Source: Lingula anatina (taxonomy: Eukaryota; Animalia; Brachiopoda). Taken from it: a stretch of DNA of 64,000 bases. The translations under genes and the position numbers were made by a program. Below, one piece after another: positions 13,295 through 26,577 of this stretch. Under the pieces are notes generated by a model, which saw only the letters and a program-made list of their open reading frames with translations, was not told where the DNA came from and did no database searches. The DNA is taken from NCBI GenBank assembly GCA_051362555.1, contig CM120641.1:37392401-37456400 (forward strand). The letters are read 5' to 3'. Position 1 is the stretch's first letter. Every line of letters starts with the position of its first letter.

Positions 13295-15480
13295 ATTACC
13301 AAAGATAACCCATGAAGACATCAACATCCTCAAAAATCTGAAAGGGACCCCATTGGCCTATATTGCTTCAGTGGATGTTCCAAAAGTAGATACACCATTA
13401 GGAGAAGTGCAACTTGGCTCATATCTATCTTATCAGGTAAAAATCTGCGTGATATCACATTACATTTCGACAACAAGTTCTCATCAGCTTTTGGCCAAAA
13501 AGTGGCAAAATTGGGGTAAAAATCACTGTATACAATAAAAGCATTTTCACTTCTATTTATACACATTTTCATTTAAATAAGTACCATTAAAAGTTATTTC
13601 TACAATTATACTTTATTTTTTAATCATCACTCATCTTCATTTGAGCTTTTATCAGTGACAAAAGTATCTTGACATAAAGTTAAAAAGCAACATATTGTCC
13701 ATATCTTATTAACACTCTGAAATAAGTTAGTTGGTACACATGTATGACATTTGAAAGAATTTGGTAACTTTTAACTTTTGCAATTAGTTTTTCAATATGA
13801 ACCCTGTGTTTAGCTATTTTTTGAGTTTGGTATGTTTGTGCTGCTGTCATTTGGGCTCCACTAGATGAAAATGGAGGAATGTTCAGTCTGAGCCCTAATG
13901 TTTTTAATTCTTTTTTTTAATTGTAAATCCTTTGTCAGTCATGACAGAAGCCCTTCAGCAATATAACCTTGTTGCTTAAGTTTATTTAGAAGTTCATAAA
14001 ATCCACTCTGTTCAGTAATGCATTTATCAGATATAGACCCAGTAAATAGTTCTGAAATGAAAATAACCGATCCACTGGGATCACAGCCAATAAGACCCTT
14101 CAGCGTTGTATTGGACTTATAATCACTATACATCTGACTTTGTAAACCAAGAGCAGATGGAGTTTGTGTTTTGAACTCGGTTCCATCAATAATAACCAAA
14201 GTATTTTGAAAGTCAGCTTTAAACTCTTTTGGCATATTCTCAATAATGATATTTCTATGCGCCCATATTGACATTTGTCCAAACTTAAGATATATGTGGA
14301 CTATCCATGTATTAAAAACACTTCCAGCAGACTGAACAGATAAACCAAACTTAATGGCAATATCCTGTAAGCCAAAATTGTGACGTAACCGTGTCAACAC
14401 TGAAAATAAGCAGTCCTCTTGTGTCAAAAGTTTAATATCATTCTGACCTTTTCCATGCTGTAGTATATAGTTGTCTGGTATCAAAAATTTGAACAGACTT
14501 TTAAACAGCTCATGAGTAATTCCTGTGTAGTACTTAAAGAGTCCCTTTATCTTCTGTTCTTTGTCGAAAACGCTTTCTATTCCAAATTTCATTTGATCAA
14601 CAATTTTTTTCCTTTAGCTGTTTATTTTCATCTTTCATTAATTAATGATCATTGACTCCAACAGCTTGATTTTATTTTTTTAGTCTAATTCACCATGCAA
14701 TATGTGTAAATCTCTGGATATAGCTAACATGTCCATTGGAGAAACCCCTGCAATATAAAAAAATATATTTACAAATATACTAAATGTATATGCTGACATG
14801 AGTTCTCATTAAATTATACAGTTAGTTTTCAATTATGACTGGTTTATTTCAGACAAGAAACATGAAAAGGAAGGAGGATCCAGTCCACAGAATTGGTTGT
14901 GCTGACAACTCTGTTTTCAAACCATCGCCAGTGATTTTACCCCAGGAATAGGTTATTTTGAACAATGAATATAATAACACAGATTTTGTTAAGCTGGAAC
15001 TTACAACCAAAGAACAATCTTTGTCAAAAGATTGGTTTGAGGCACGCAAGACCTGACTAACTGCCTGACACAGAAATACCCATTTTCATGAGTGTGGGTT
15101 AGTTATTAACAAGGACTACGCATTCCTGGGGCCAATTCCAGATGGAAAGTTGTGTGACAATGGACAAACTGGAATTGTAGAAATTAAATGTCCTTTCGCA
15201 GCAGGAAACATGAAAATTTTGACAACATGTGAAGACATTGCCAATTTTTGTCTGGAAAACAATAATGGGGAAATAAGATTAAATACAATCCATGACTATT
15301 ACGCCCAAATTCAAGGACAGCTCATGATAACAGGATGCGACTTCTGTAAATTTTTTTTATTTACACAATGTGATATGCACATTTAGAGGATTATGCCAGA
15401 TCAAGCTAACATGACAGAACTTCTTCAAAAACTATCCAGATTTTTCGAAGACTTTGCAAAACCATTTTTGTCTAATACTT
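13295..15480 (+). pseudogene. YqaJ-like (lambda exonuclease family) gene remnant of the same transposon, exons 13295-13436 and 14853-~15480
   Basis: TKEQSLSKDWFEARK, ECGLVI..FLGPIPDG, VEIKCPF, YYAQIQGQLMITG motifs with stops and frameshifts; upstream exon ending GSYLSYQ|gtaaaa joins tttcag|ACA in phase 0. Confidence 0.82.
13650..14748 (-). pseudogene. ISL2EU/Harbinger-like DDE (DDE_Tnp_4-type) transposase remnant
   Basis: ORF 13939-14592 has an HTH-like region (LTRLRHNFGLQDIAIKFGLS), IIDGTE and YSDYKSNTTLKGLIG..GSISD; after two frameshifts it continues VMTDKGF..LNIPPF..IAKHRVHIE (third catalytic residue). Confidence 0.88.
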
Positions 15481-16298
15481 TAAACTTGAAATAAACTTAC
15501 ACTGTTCTTCTGTCTGAGTGCCTGTACTTCTGTCTGAGTGCCTGTACCAGTTTCTGTTTCAACAGTTGAGTCAGATGCATGTGAATTATCCTCATCACGC
15601 ACGGACGCCAGGCGTTGCGGTTTGCAACAGTCGTATCTGAGCAAATTGACGCCCCGTTGGTGCAACCAGGCCCTAGTACATGGGAAGGTTTTAGCCCTTT
15701 TAGTGATGAAAATTTATAAAAGAACAACCTTTTTGTATAATGTTTGCAAGTTATTAATAAATACAGACAAATACACAAATAAGACTGTGCTTAAGGAATA
15801 CGTATTATTAGATGCACGTTTATTTCACTAATACAACTTGTCCTCGATTACATTTTTTCACAATTCCTGGTAATGATGGTTTTGCAAATTTACATTCTAA
15901 GAGCATGCAGTTTTGTTGTGTTTCCTATGGAACATTTAAATGTGCCCTGTTACATGTACCATATTGTACTTGTTATCATGACTGTAACTGAAATGAATAT
16001 TTTATTAATGACTTAAATATTACAAAACATCAAACAACTACTGTAAAAATGATGACCTGCGCCAAAGACGTGAGGAAGATTTTTTTTTTATTCTTTTTTA
16101 TTATTATTATTATTATTTGCAATTTTTAAAACCCCGCGACTCTGCAAAATTGTTTATTGAGTTTTTTTAAAATAAACATTCTAGACATACTCATTTTAGT
16201 AAAAATAAACTAGAGAATGTGATATGGTGCTGCAAGGGACAGTAGTGAAGGTTTAAAATTAAGTTCATTTATTACTATTATTATTATTATTTATCCAT

Positions 16299-16337
<39 letters not shown>

Positions 16338-18042
16338 TTTTGAGTGAGAACAAATGTAATTTTTAAATTTTCAGTTGCTAGACTGATGTAAGTAAAGTTC
16401 CACTTGGACAAACAATTCTTCCGCAACTTTTAGCGTATGTATATAAAGGCATCACCACTGGATTTATTGAACATGCGTGAATAGTTTCAGAAACAACCTC
16501 TCGCCTGAAACAAGCCACGGGAAGATAGATCACACTACGATGCACAATATCGACTCTTTGGTGGCAACCTAAGTTTGTTTGAAATCGTTTAGCGATGCAC
16601 TTTTTTAGCTCTAATTAAACATGTGCACCCCTTGACACTTCATTAATTTCAATAGTCAAATTTTATCAACAATACCAACGTCTCTTTTTACAACAATTGC
16701 ATAAGTTTTAAAAGGAATTTGAAGACATTTTCATTTAAATGATCCTGTGGTTAATTCTGTCTCTTTTAGGGTCCATTTCCTTTTATTGATTTTTTTCTTT
16801 TAAAAATCAATATTTGTAAATTTTTATCATTTAAGATTTTATATATAATGTTAATAGCAGTGCTGAAACCTTTGTGTAGCGCTGTTTTGAAAAGTAAATT
16901 ATTATCACTGTTGTTATTATTGTACTGGCAAAAGGTTGTATACTATCACAGCTAAAACAGTTCATTTTTGTGTCAGATGAGACTTGGGTAATCTGGTTTT
17001 GCCTAAAACTGACAATTTCTCAAAGGTCTTTATATAATACAATTAACACATGTACATGCATATTTTGAATGCTCATTACACGATGATTCAACGGATCTGT
17101 GATATTACCTGCATTATGCGTGTGTCAAAAGCCTGTCTGTGAAGTCTAAAGCTGTAAACATATTTTTTTCTTTTCAGAAGCTCAACACACCCAGGAACCC
17201 CTAGCTCATTCATGCATCTTTTGTATGAAAAATGAATAAAAACTTTTCTCATTCTGCTTTTTTTCAATTTGTTATGTACATATGATGATAAAGATAGTTG
17301 GAATGATGAGGGGAAATGAGTATTTGAGGACATTCAAATTCAATCTACTAGATCTGAACTGTAAATTATGACTAAATTTATTGCGTGATCGTTGCAAAGG
17401 TAATAACAAATATACCCAGTATTTTGTAAATAATGAAATTTAAGTTGTTTTAATACTCTAAAAGAAAATGCCTAAATCAGGTTCCAACCCACAATTTGTA
17501 GAAATTTACAATCCTGCTTTTCAAATTTTTACAATATAATATTGTTCTGTAGCAAAAAAGAACTGATTGGCTTGTCCCCTTGGACATAATTTACCTGTAT
17601 TTCTTAATATAGGACGGGTCCAATTTTGACAGGGTTAGTTTCTGTAAAATGATTTATTTATATTTGGTGGTCTGTTCTATATATGAATACTTCAATTTGA
17701 AATTTGAACAGGAAAACCAAAAAGTGTAAAGATGCTGATGTAACTTTAAACCAGTTTTTTTAAGTTTTATTTTATTTATTTATTTATTTTAATTTATTTA
17801 TTTATTTATTTTTTTGGCAACAGTTGAAATTTGTCCAAAATCTTTATTCTGAGGATACAACAGAGAACTCGTTTTCAGTTCCTTTTCTCTTAACTAAATT
17901 GAGATCAAGAAATAATTTTTCAAATATCTGATTCATCTTTCTATGTATTATGTGATAAATTTCAAATTTCCCATTTTTAATATACAATTTGTAATGTTCA
18001 TGTTTATTAAATAGTGGAATACCGAAATTTGAGACCAACCAG

Positions 18043-18280
18043 TGTAATGGACTCACCCTACCCATCACTCCTAAAGTGGAATGGACTCACCCCATCTGAC
18101 ACCCCCCTCCTGTGGAATGGACTCGACCCACCTGTTACCCCTCAACTGGTATGGACTTGCCCCACCTGACACCCTTTAAATGGAATGGACATGCCCCACC
18201 CGGCACCCCTCCTATGGCGTGGACTCGGCCCACCTGACACACCCCCCCCACCCCCCATGATAGAATGGACTCGGCCCCCA
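18043..18280. repeat. Minisatellite, ~40-bp unit x ~6
   Basis: Recurrent (g/a)tggaatggactc.cccacctgacacccc units. Confidence 0.85.
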
Positions 18281-18639
18281 GTACAAAGTATTATCTTCCA
18301 TACATAACACGTGAACTATGCAAATCGTTCAATTTCTGGATTTAATTACCTGAAACACACACTGCTTTTCATAAAACAACAATCCGGTAATCTGAGCGTG
18401 TAATCACAGATGTTATGACCCAATCCTGTTTCTTTTCTTTCATACTCGCACGACGGCGAAACCACAGCTAGCGTGTAGTTTCGTTTCCCCATTCAGATTC
18501 GGCCCAGGGACTAAGCGTCAATAGTGGAGATTGCAATTGAGGACGTAATGACCCGGTCACATGAATAGTAAATGAGATTAATAGAATTAGCTATATTCGG
18601 TACCCACTTTTTACGGTGTGTAATTCACGAAAAACGATT

Positions 18640-18992
18640 TCATGTCATCACTGTTTAACCGCCGATTCAGGATCGCAGCTTACTTTCCCAACTCTGTGAA
18701 GTTAAGTGTACTTTTCCCTGATAATTTTTAAGTGTTGAATGTTACACTTGCCAAAATTTATGAATATCAAGCAAAATACGATGCATATTCCAAGCGGAAA
18801 GCGTGTGCACGAGAGATGATCTCATGTCATCACTGTTTAACCGCCGATTCAGGATCTCAGCGTGCTTTCCCAACTCTGTGAATTTAAGTGTACTCTTCCC
18901 TGATAATTTTTGTATGTGTTAAGTGTTACACTTTCCAAAATTTATGATACAAAACAAAATACAATGCATATTATAAGTGGAAAGCGTGCTCA
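18640..18992. repeat. Direct tandem duplication, 182-bp period x2
   Basis: tcatgtcatcactgtttaaccgccgattcaggatc... starts at 18640 and again at 18822. Confidence 0.9.
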
Positions 18993-19508
18993 CAGTCACA
19001 ATATCGGCGCCAATGTTGTTACCCAGTAACTTTAGAACTCGGTTAGCTGGGGTAAGCTAATGGGTTTTCATAAGGATACAAACAAAAGACCGTTAGAAAA
19101 GTATTAAATAACGTAGATCAAGGTATTCCACTGCTGTTTTTATTCATTCCGGCGTTAGCTGACCTTGCGAGCGAGTTTATTAGAATGAATTTCTTAAAAT
19201 CAAGTTTAAAAATTCACTAGTACATCACAAAAAAAAAAAAAAAAGCTTTCAAGATTACTTTTTAACACCTGTCAATCATTTTGATTTTTAATCCTTCCAT
19301 ATAAGTAATGAACACTACAACATGGTGGTTTATTGAGTATAACAGTTTATTTTAACTTTTTTTAAACTATGGTTATTTTAGGTACGTACCGCCATACCAA
19401 AGGTTTAAAAATTCTCACCGCTCTAGTTGCCGACTAACTCCAACCCCAATTTGTAATTAGCCGCTAAGGTGTAGTTCAAACAGCGAAAGACAGGCTTGCG
19501 TAGGCAGC

Positions 19509-19712
19509 GACCACTGCTTTCTATCTACACACACTGGACAAAACAAGTGTCACCCCTACTTTGGGGGAGATAAATGACCACTGCTTTCTATCTACACACA
19601 CTGGACAAAACAAGTGTCACCCCTACTTTGGGGGAGATAAATGACCACTGCTTTCTATCTACACACACTGGACAAAACAAGTGTCACCCCTACTTTGGGG
19701 GAGATAAATGAC
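19509..19712. repeat. Perfect 67-bp tandem repeat x3
   Basis: gaccactgctttctatctacacacactggacaaaacaagtgtcacccctactttgggggagataaat at 19509, 19576 and 19643. Confidence 0.95.
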
Positions 19713-21302
19713 TGTGAAATGATATGCTCCTGGTATCATTTCATTAACATCAAATTTCACAAAAAGACCAACAATACAGTTCCATGGTACAGCGGTTTTA
19801 TACTCATTAGTCACATTATAAGTAGACCAGGCATTATAACTATTCAATATCTACCTACTTTGATTACTCTGATTCAGGGGGTGACACTTCTATTGTCCAT
19901 TATGTGCAGGTAAATATATGCTACACGTAAAATGATATCATTATATTTCGAAAGCATTGTGGGAACATTTTTAACACGTTTAGATGTGACCATGATAATT
20001 GTGCAAATTACAGTGATACAAATATGAAATCCTTTTTGCATGTTTATTTTTTAAATGTATAATAAGTAAATATAAATACGTTGATAATAACAGCGGCAGT
20101 GTAAAACGTTAGAATAACGTTTTCCTAGCGTTTGTTGACGGTCTAACCAATATATAACCCGGTAACGTTACAAAGCGTTCTGTGATAGCGGGGACTGGAT
20201 CAAATTAACAAAAATTCTTTTGCTAACAAAAATTAAATTTTGGCTTTTTCTTCTGACCTCTTCTTTATTAACTTTGAAATGAATAAATATATTTTTTAAA
20301 ATTAATACATACAACCGAACATCCTGTTGTTATACTAGTACAGTTTTCTTTAAGTTGAATATGTGTAAGCAGTGCAAAATACAATGTCATGCAATACAAA
20401 AAATTTTAAAAACATTTAAAGACCCATTGCATTATTTACCGATACCAAAACCCTTTACTTAGTGCTATCGGTATACAGGTGCAATTGAGAAAATTGTTTT
20501 ATAAATAGGAATTTTAATTAATGATCATATTATAACATCTTATGAACAGAAACACGATGAACCCGAGCAGAAAAGCTTAAATCTTATAATTAATGCTAAA
20601 TAAAGTCAGGTAACAAAAAATTGGTATTATACTAAAGATGAAAATATCAATATATATTGGTTAAATCTTTTCAAATTATTATGTAAGCTATGTACATGTA
20701 AACTACGTAATCTATACTCACTACATGCGATCACGCGGCACTCACTATTCTGTTAGCCAGACTTGCCAATCACACCAAAAAAGCATTTCTGCCCGAGCAT
20801 ACTTATAGACTCATCGTTGAACAACGGTTGGTATTTTCATCAATTCAAGCTTTCGAAATACTACATAATCAAATACAATTCTACACGCATAACTTTTAGT
20901 TAAGGCCTAGATGCAGCTGCACAGCCATGCTTTTCATATGCCCCGCATTTTTTTCATCCCCACATTAATTTGTAAGTTCACAGAATTGAACAACGTTGCT
21001 GCTTTTTTAGGACTTTTCATTTTTGTTCAATCTTGAAAACGTTGAAAAAACAAAATATTTGCATACCACAATGCAATTTTCCAATTATCGTTATGGTAAG
21101 TTATTCTTTTCTAAAGCCGATTTTAATTATTTTTGAATGCGTAGTTTACCGCCAACTTTAGATGTTGTTTGACCCAATTCTTCACACAAGCAAACCTTTC
21201 TTTTAAGATATTAAAATGTCAGTTATTTAACGAAAACAAACAAACACATTGCATGTTCCTGCTGCCATGAAAACAACACTCTTCCTTCGCTTTCCATGTA
21301 AA

Positions 21303-23434
21303 CTAGCCCGATCCTCCGGCGCCTTCCCCTGCATCAGCGTCATCATCATCATCATCATCATCGGACTTGCTGGCGAAGCAGGCGACAATCCCACTGCAGC
21401 AAGGACACATCTCAAGGAATGCATCCCGAAACTGTTGGTTCAGGCCAACATAGATGATAGGATTCATCACCGCGGCGCATTTAGCAAACATAGAGGGAAT
21501 GTGAACCAAGAGCAGTGGCATTGAGTAAGGGTCCCCAAAAGTTGCGATGCAGGAGACCAAAGCATAAGGGGTCCAGCATAACAGAAAATTACCTGAATAG
21601 GAAAACATTTCTTGAAACTGGAGCATTAATAGGCTTGAATTCAGAATAAAGTGTAATTTACATGTCCACACCACTCTTTGCTAATTTTTATAACCTAAAC
21701 AAAGTGGAATTTCACCATTTTACACTTTCGATGTGCACTACATTTTACACTTTCGGTATTGTTTTATTATACGTAAGATCTATCAACATTTTCATTCATT
21801 TTCTTGTTTAAAATAAAATAGCAACGTTGGGGTTTATCGATTTATGTAATTACGTTCTTTTAGTATAGGCCCTTAATTTTTCAATATCAAAATTGATTTT
21901 ATAAAACCTGAACATGTTAGAAATTAAGTACGGATCTTTGTAATTTTTTAACAATATTTTTTATAAATTAAGTTAAAGACTTGAATAAATGCACAAACAC
22001 CTCACAAGTTTGTGTATGAATAACATTAATGCACTTAGATTTGTCGTCCGTCACACTGAAACTAGACCGAAAAATTAAAAAATAGAGAGATGAAAAGAGA
22101 AGGCTCGGTCGGCACAACCAAAATTCAAATTTTATTTGGCATAAAATGGTTTTTATTGTTAGAAAACATGGAGTTAAATTTTTTTTTTTTTTTTTTTTTT
22201 TTGAAGTGTCTTAACGCACTTTCAACCCATTTTAATAAAATATATTCAGACAAAATAAAAAATTGAAAAAGACAGCCCACGTACCGAGCATAGCCACTGT
22301 CATGAGCGCCATCTTTCGTTCAAGTCTAGCGTTGCGTTTTGCTATGCTGCTCTGTTTGTCCCATGTTCCGCTTCTTGTTGATGAAAGAACCTGCAATATG
22401 CCAAAAATCGTGATACTGAAAAGTGCAAACTGAATGAACAATACAAAATGGAAGAATGACGGACTTCGTCAAACATAGACTTTTATACATACCTAGAAAG
22501 CTTAATTGATATAGAACAAGGAAAAGACAAGAATTTTTTGTGCAAATTCTAGAAATCGGGTAAAAATCGGCATCTTAATGTAACGAGAACTATAAACAAT
22601 GCAGCAATAACGGCACCACTCTTGAAAGACGCAAAAGATATATAGAGGACTGTGGTTACGTTTACATGACCTGATTAATGTTTTTACCCCAAGAACATGA
22701 TTGCCTTTTTGATAACGACTTTAAATTAGCTGCCGCGACGAAATAACTTTAAATCCTACCGTTAGGTAAATGTTAAGGTAGCAGAAGAGCATTATCCCAA
22801 CTGGAGTTAAGTAGCAGGCGATTAATATGGTTATAGCGAAAGATACGTCTTGTGGTCTTTTTGTTATCCAGTCGATTCCGCATGTAGTTCCTGCCCCTTC
22901 GTAGGTGTATTTGCTCCAGCCAAATAAGGGTGCCATTGCAAACATAAGACCACCAACATAGCAAGCGACTATTGCTATCAAAGCCTTTGTTTGCGTAATG
23001 GCCGGTGCCAGTAGTGGTTTAGCAATGACTATGTACCTGTCAATCGCAATTGCAGTGAGACAGTACATCTCGCTTAATCCTGCGAAATACATCATGAATC
23101 CATGAAGTACGCAGCCGACATCTCCAAACACCCACTTCAGCGCAAAACTTGAGATTCCTGACATGGGGCAACCGAAGACAGCTAGCATTAGATCAGAGAC
23201 GTTTAAGGACATAATAAACAGATTTGTAGTAGAGCGTAGATTTTTGAATTTTAAGAACATCAGCAAAATTGACGTGTTTCCGAAGATTCCCAAAATAGTA
23301 CCGAGTGTCATTGCTATGCCGCAGGCATAGTGTATCGCTGGTGATAAGTACCTGTCAATTACTATAACATCACTTCCATTACTGACTGGCAAGGACGTGG
23401 TCGCATTGGAGCCAACGGCAAAAGTCGTATCCAT
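21303..23434 (-). CDS. Opsin, most likely xenopsin (356 aa, 3 exons)
   Basis: Exons 22760-23434, 22285-22390, 21303-21592 join in frame. 7TM with GN, LNVSD, DRY, E181-equivalent (YEGAGTTC), CWTPY, retinal-binding Lys (FAKCAAVMNPIIY), NxQ motif NQQFR, CPCC. ICL3 WDKQSSIAKRNARLERKM and the intron positions fit xenopsins; the subclass needs a phylogeny. Confidence 0.92.
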
Positions 23435-25154
23435 TGCGTGTTTCTCTTTGACTTCACGGTTCTCTTTTTTGGCAGTGAATGGGCATTATGGCTTTATCAT
23501 GTAGTTTTTGTGATTCCTCCATAAGCATGGTCGCGTCATCCAAAAATTCCCAAGATTTTGACAGTAATCCCTAGATGCAATAAGGTTGAGAGGGAATACA
23601 GCAAGTAGCCATTTGTTCCAGTGAGCAATAACTTAATCATCCACATTTTTTTAAGCTTCAAATGATTTATTAAGTGACTACTTCTATGGAGATTACGTCT
23701 CAAATGAAAACAAAGAAGTGCCGACAAACAGGAAGGTTGAACTTTTTTGCTGAGTATAAGTTACTCGAACATCTCATAAAAGGCTTCTTCTTTTGTTTTT
23801 TTACTCGGTAATGCAACACAGTACAGTTATAGCATGGACATTGGTAGCATGAAGGAATGAATTGCCTTGTTTATTAATCACTGGTTCGATTTTGAGCACC
23901 GTTTTGAAATCGTTCGCAAAAGTGAGTTGATTTTTTGAGAACTTAAATCATAAAACAAAAAACTAAAATATAGAAAATATATTCCATAGCCGCGCCTTAA
24001 AGACACAGAGGGGCTAATTGTTTGCATAAGATAATCCATTAAACGGATTTTAACTACCTTTTTAATGTCTACCTCTAGGTATTCAACGCCTATTTCACCA
24101 TCGGCTTTCATTTTACTTAGAGTTTTCAGGACATTTATTTAAATATCGTTTATCCTGAAAGGAAGTCAGTGCCGTCTTCTGTCTTTACGAACCTTCGTAC
24201 TTATTTGTTTGATAGCGGATTGCGACGTTTTTACAGCTAACCATACAAATTCTTTTAAGCATTGTGTATTATGTCCGTGTTGATATCTTGTGTTTTCGCG
24301 AAAACATCCATACGAGTTTCTTGTTATGAAGTGATGTTCCTGCCAACAATATCGCACTGCATCAAACCCAAAACTTGGACGGTTTTCACAATTACATTTT
24401 TACCTCCACGTCATAGAAACATTATTTTTAAAAGATTTTAGACGTTCGTTTAAAAAACGTTTGCAGCTAACGCAACTCAATTTAATTCTCGCGACTTCCA
24501 CAAGACAATCAGATGGCATGAAACTGCCTTGGTACTTCAAAAAGGTACTTTATTCGAGAACGTTGTAGAAATGAGCTGTTGGTAGCAGGGTTGACACAAA
24601 CGGACAGAGTGAATAACTGAAGACAAAGTATATAGCCAAGTTCCTGGAATGCTACAGATGGCCATAACTAATATATAACATTGGGGAAACGCCATGTGTT
24701 AGCTGGGGAATTAATGCATGCCCTCGAGCGTAACTGACCGACAAATTCGAGTGCCTCGGCCCAACAGAGGTCTTAATTGCCCACGAGGGATGAATAGAAT
24801 TAATCAACGCATCTTTTGAAAAATCTTGATTCTAGCTAGGGGAAGTCCCTCGGTGGCTGAGTACATGTTAACGCAAGTTACAGCAATCCAGACGGTGATT
24901 TAGTGGTAAAGCAGTGGAATGAAAAGGAGGATACTCTCCGCCAAATCTTTTTATCAAGCACTATTTATTGAGAAGTAAAGTAGATCTGTCCAGTAAAAAG
25001 GATTTGAATAAAAAAACTAACGTTAAATCCGAAAGCTTTAGTTGTAGGCCTATTTACGTCAGACTAAACCTGTATAAGTACACCAGTAGCATTTTAATTT
25101 AAATATTGACATAAAAGTCACTATTGGTCATTTGCTATTCAATTTATTTATCTT

Positions 25155-25439
25155 AGAGGGCATTCACAACAGATGATCCTCGTATCTAGTGATCCGCGGA
25201 TCAAATATAATGGACACTACATGAAAGAAGAACAAACTAATGGTCTCCCCGCCTCAACACGTACCATTAAACGGATTAAATCACGGCTCTGAGGTTTAAT
25301 TGCTAGACCCCTGCAAGGACGGGGCGTGTGGAGGCGGGGACACCATCAGCGGATTAATCGGCTCTTCTTTCATGTAGGGTCGGCCATATTTTATCTGTGG
25401 ATCAGTAGATCCTCGGATTTTCTGTTCTGAGTGGCCTCT
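25155..25439. mobile_element. Foldback MITE upstream of the opsin
   Basis: Nested inverted arms: agagggcattcacaacaga/tctgttctgagtggcctct, ctacatgaaagaaga/tcttctttcatgtag, tccccgcctc.acacg/cgtgtggaggcgggga. Confidence 0.75.
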
Positions 25440-25976
25440 TATTTATAAAACGGACTAATCTTCAAGGTGATGGGCTAATACTGATTTATCTTGGGTCAAA
25501 GTAGGTTTTTCAGTTTTTAAACCAAGACCAACTTTCGATGTAAACCTTTAAAGTACCCTATACTATGTGTAACTGGCCGCAGTGTTCTTTCCCACTAAGA
25601 TCCGGCAGACCCTGTTGAATCCATCGCCCCAGTTTTCTTTCCCACAGTTATCCGGTGTAACGTGATAGAGAGTTCCCCACAACAGAGAGTCCGCGTCCCA
25701 TTTATTTGTACAGGCGAGCCTTGCCCTAGATTTTTACCCACTTAATATGTCAGACTAACCCTAATCATATATGTAGGGCGGACATTCTTTTACACGGACC
25801 TTCAGTTTCGTTACACCGATAGACCACCTTTGAATCTGTCGTGCGTGTACTAATACCAGCAACGCTCATTCTTATTTTGCCAGACCACGCACGATTCTGT
25901 GTTCCCTGTTCATTTTTTTTTTCTTATTTCAACAAGAGGATTGTGCAGTTGTACTGGTATCTCTAGGTTAATTAAG

Positions 25977-26336
25977 TTAAAGGGGCAATAACTGTGTTCG
26001 ATTTGGCCAAAAAATGATTTTTTCTGGAGTAAACAGCAATTTTCCCATACTTACCAATGGTTAATGAATCCATTTCTACATTCAAAGTTAGTCCCTGTTT
26101 TTTTTTTTCTTTTCTAAAAAGTTTGCTTTTTTTTGTAATAATCTCTTAAGACATTATTACAGAGTATAGCCATCTATGGAGGTCAGGTGGTCCGATGACA
26201 AGCTCAGATATCAGAACAATAGATATAACTGTCGTTTTTGTGGTAAAACAGAATATATTATATTCCTATGATTTGTTTACAATGTTTTTATTGTGAAATA
26301 TAGATCTATAGACACGGAGAGTTACTATCCCTTTAA
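25977..26336. mobile_element. Kolobok-type MITE (TTAA TSD)
   Basis: TTAA-aggggcaataac ... gttactatccct-TTAA; reverse complement of 1813-2157. Confidence 0.8.
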
Positions 26337-26495
26337 GGTGTGTTGATGTTATCTGTGTTAACCTGGTTTTGACTCGCACTACCGATGTGCTGCGCGATGA
26401 AAGTTGAAAATGTTTGAAAATTTTCGTTATAACGTTCATAAAATTTATCATAATCACCGGGTTGATCTTATATAAGAAATGAATAAATTAGATTT

Positions 26496-26577
26496 AAAAC
26501 GCATCTATTCAGATCAACTATGATTGGTAAAAAAGAGCTAACCACACCAATCATAGTTGGTCCTAATAGACGTTTTC
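26496..26577. repeat. Inverted repeat/hairpin, probable MITE remnant
   Basis: tctattcagatcaactatgattggt pairs with accaatcatagttggtcctaataga. Confidence 0.7.

Noticed and set aside
13140-16560. Termini of the ISL2EU-type element (catcgtgtag.. at 13163 versus ..cactacgatg at 16543)
   Set aside because: Inverted similarity is too weak and no TSD is evident; boundaries left undefined.
19511-19523. 13-nt complement (ccactgctttcta) of nAChR selector A inside the 67-bp repeat
   Set aside because: It lies ~10 kb beyond the nAChR stop, past the opsin, so is probably chance. It is also a caution that matches of this length arise randomly, so the docking model needs conservation evidence.
19509-19712. 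CRISPR-like array
   Set aside because: Units are identical head-to-tail with no unique spacers; eukaryotic context, no cas genes.
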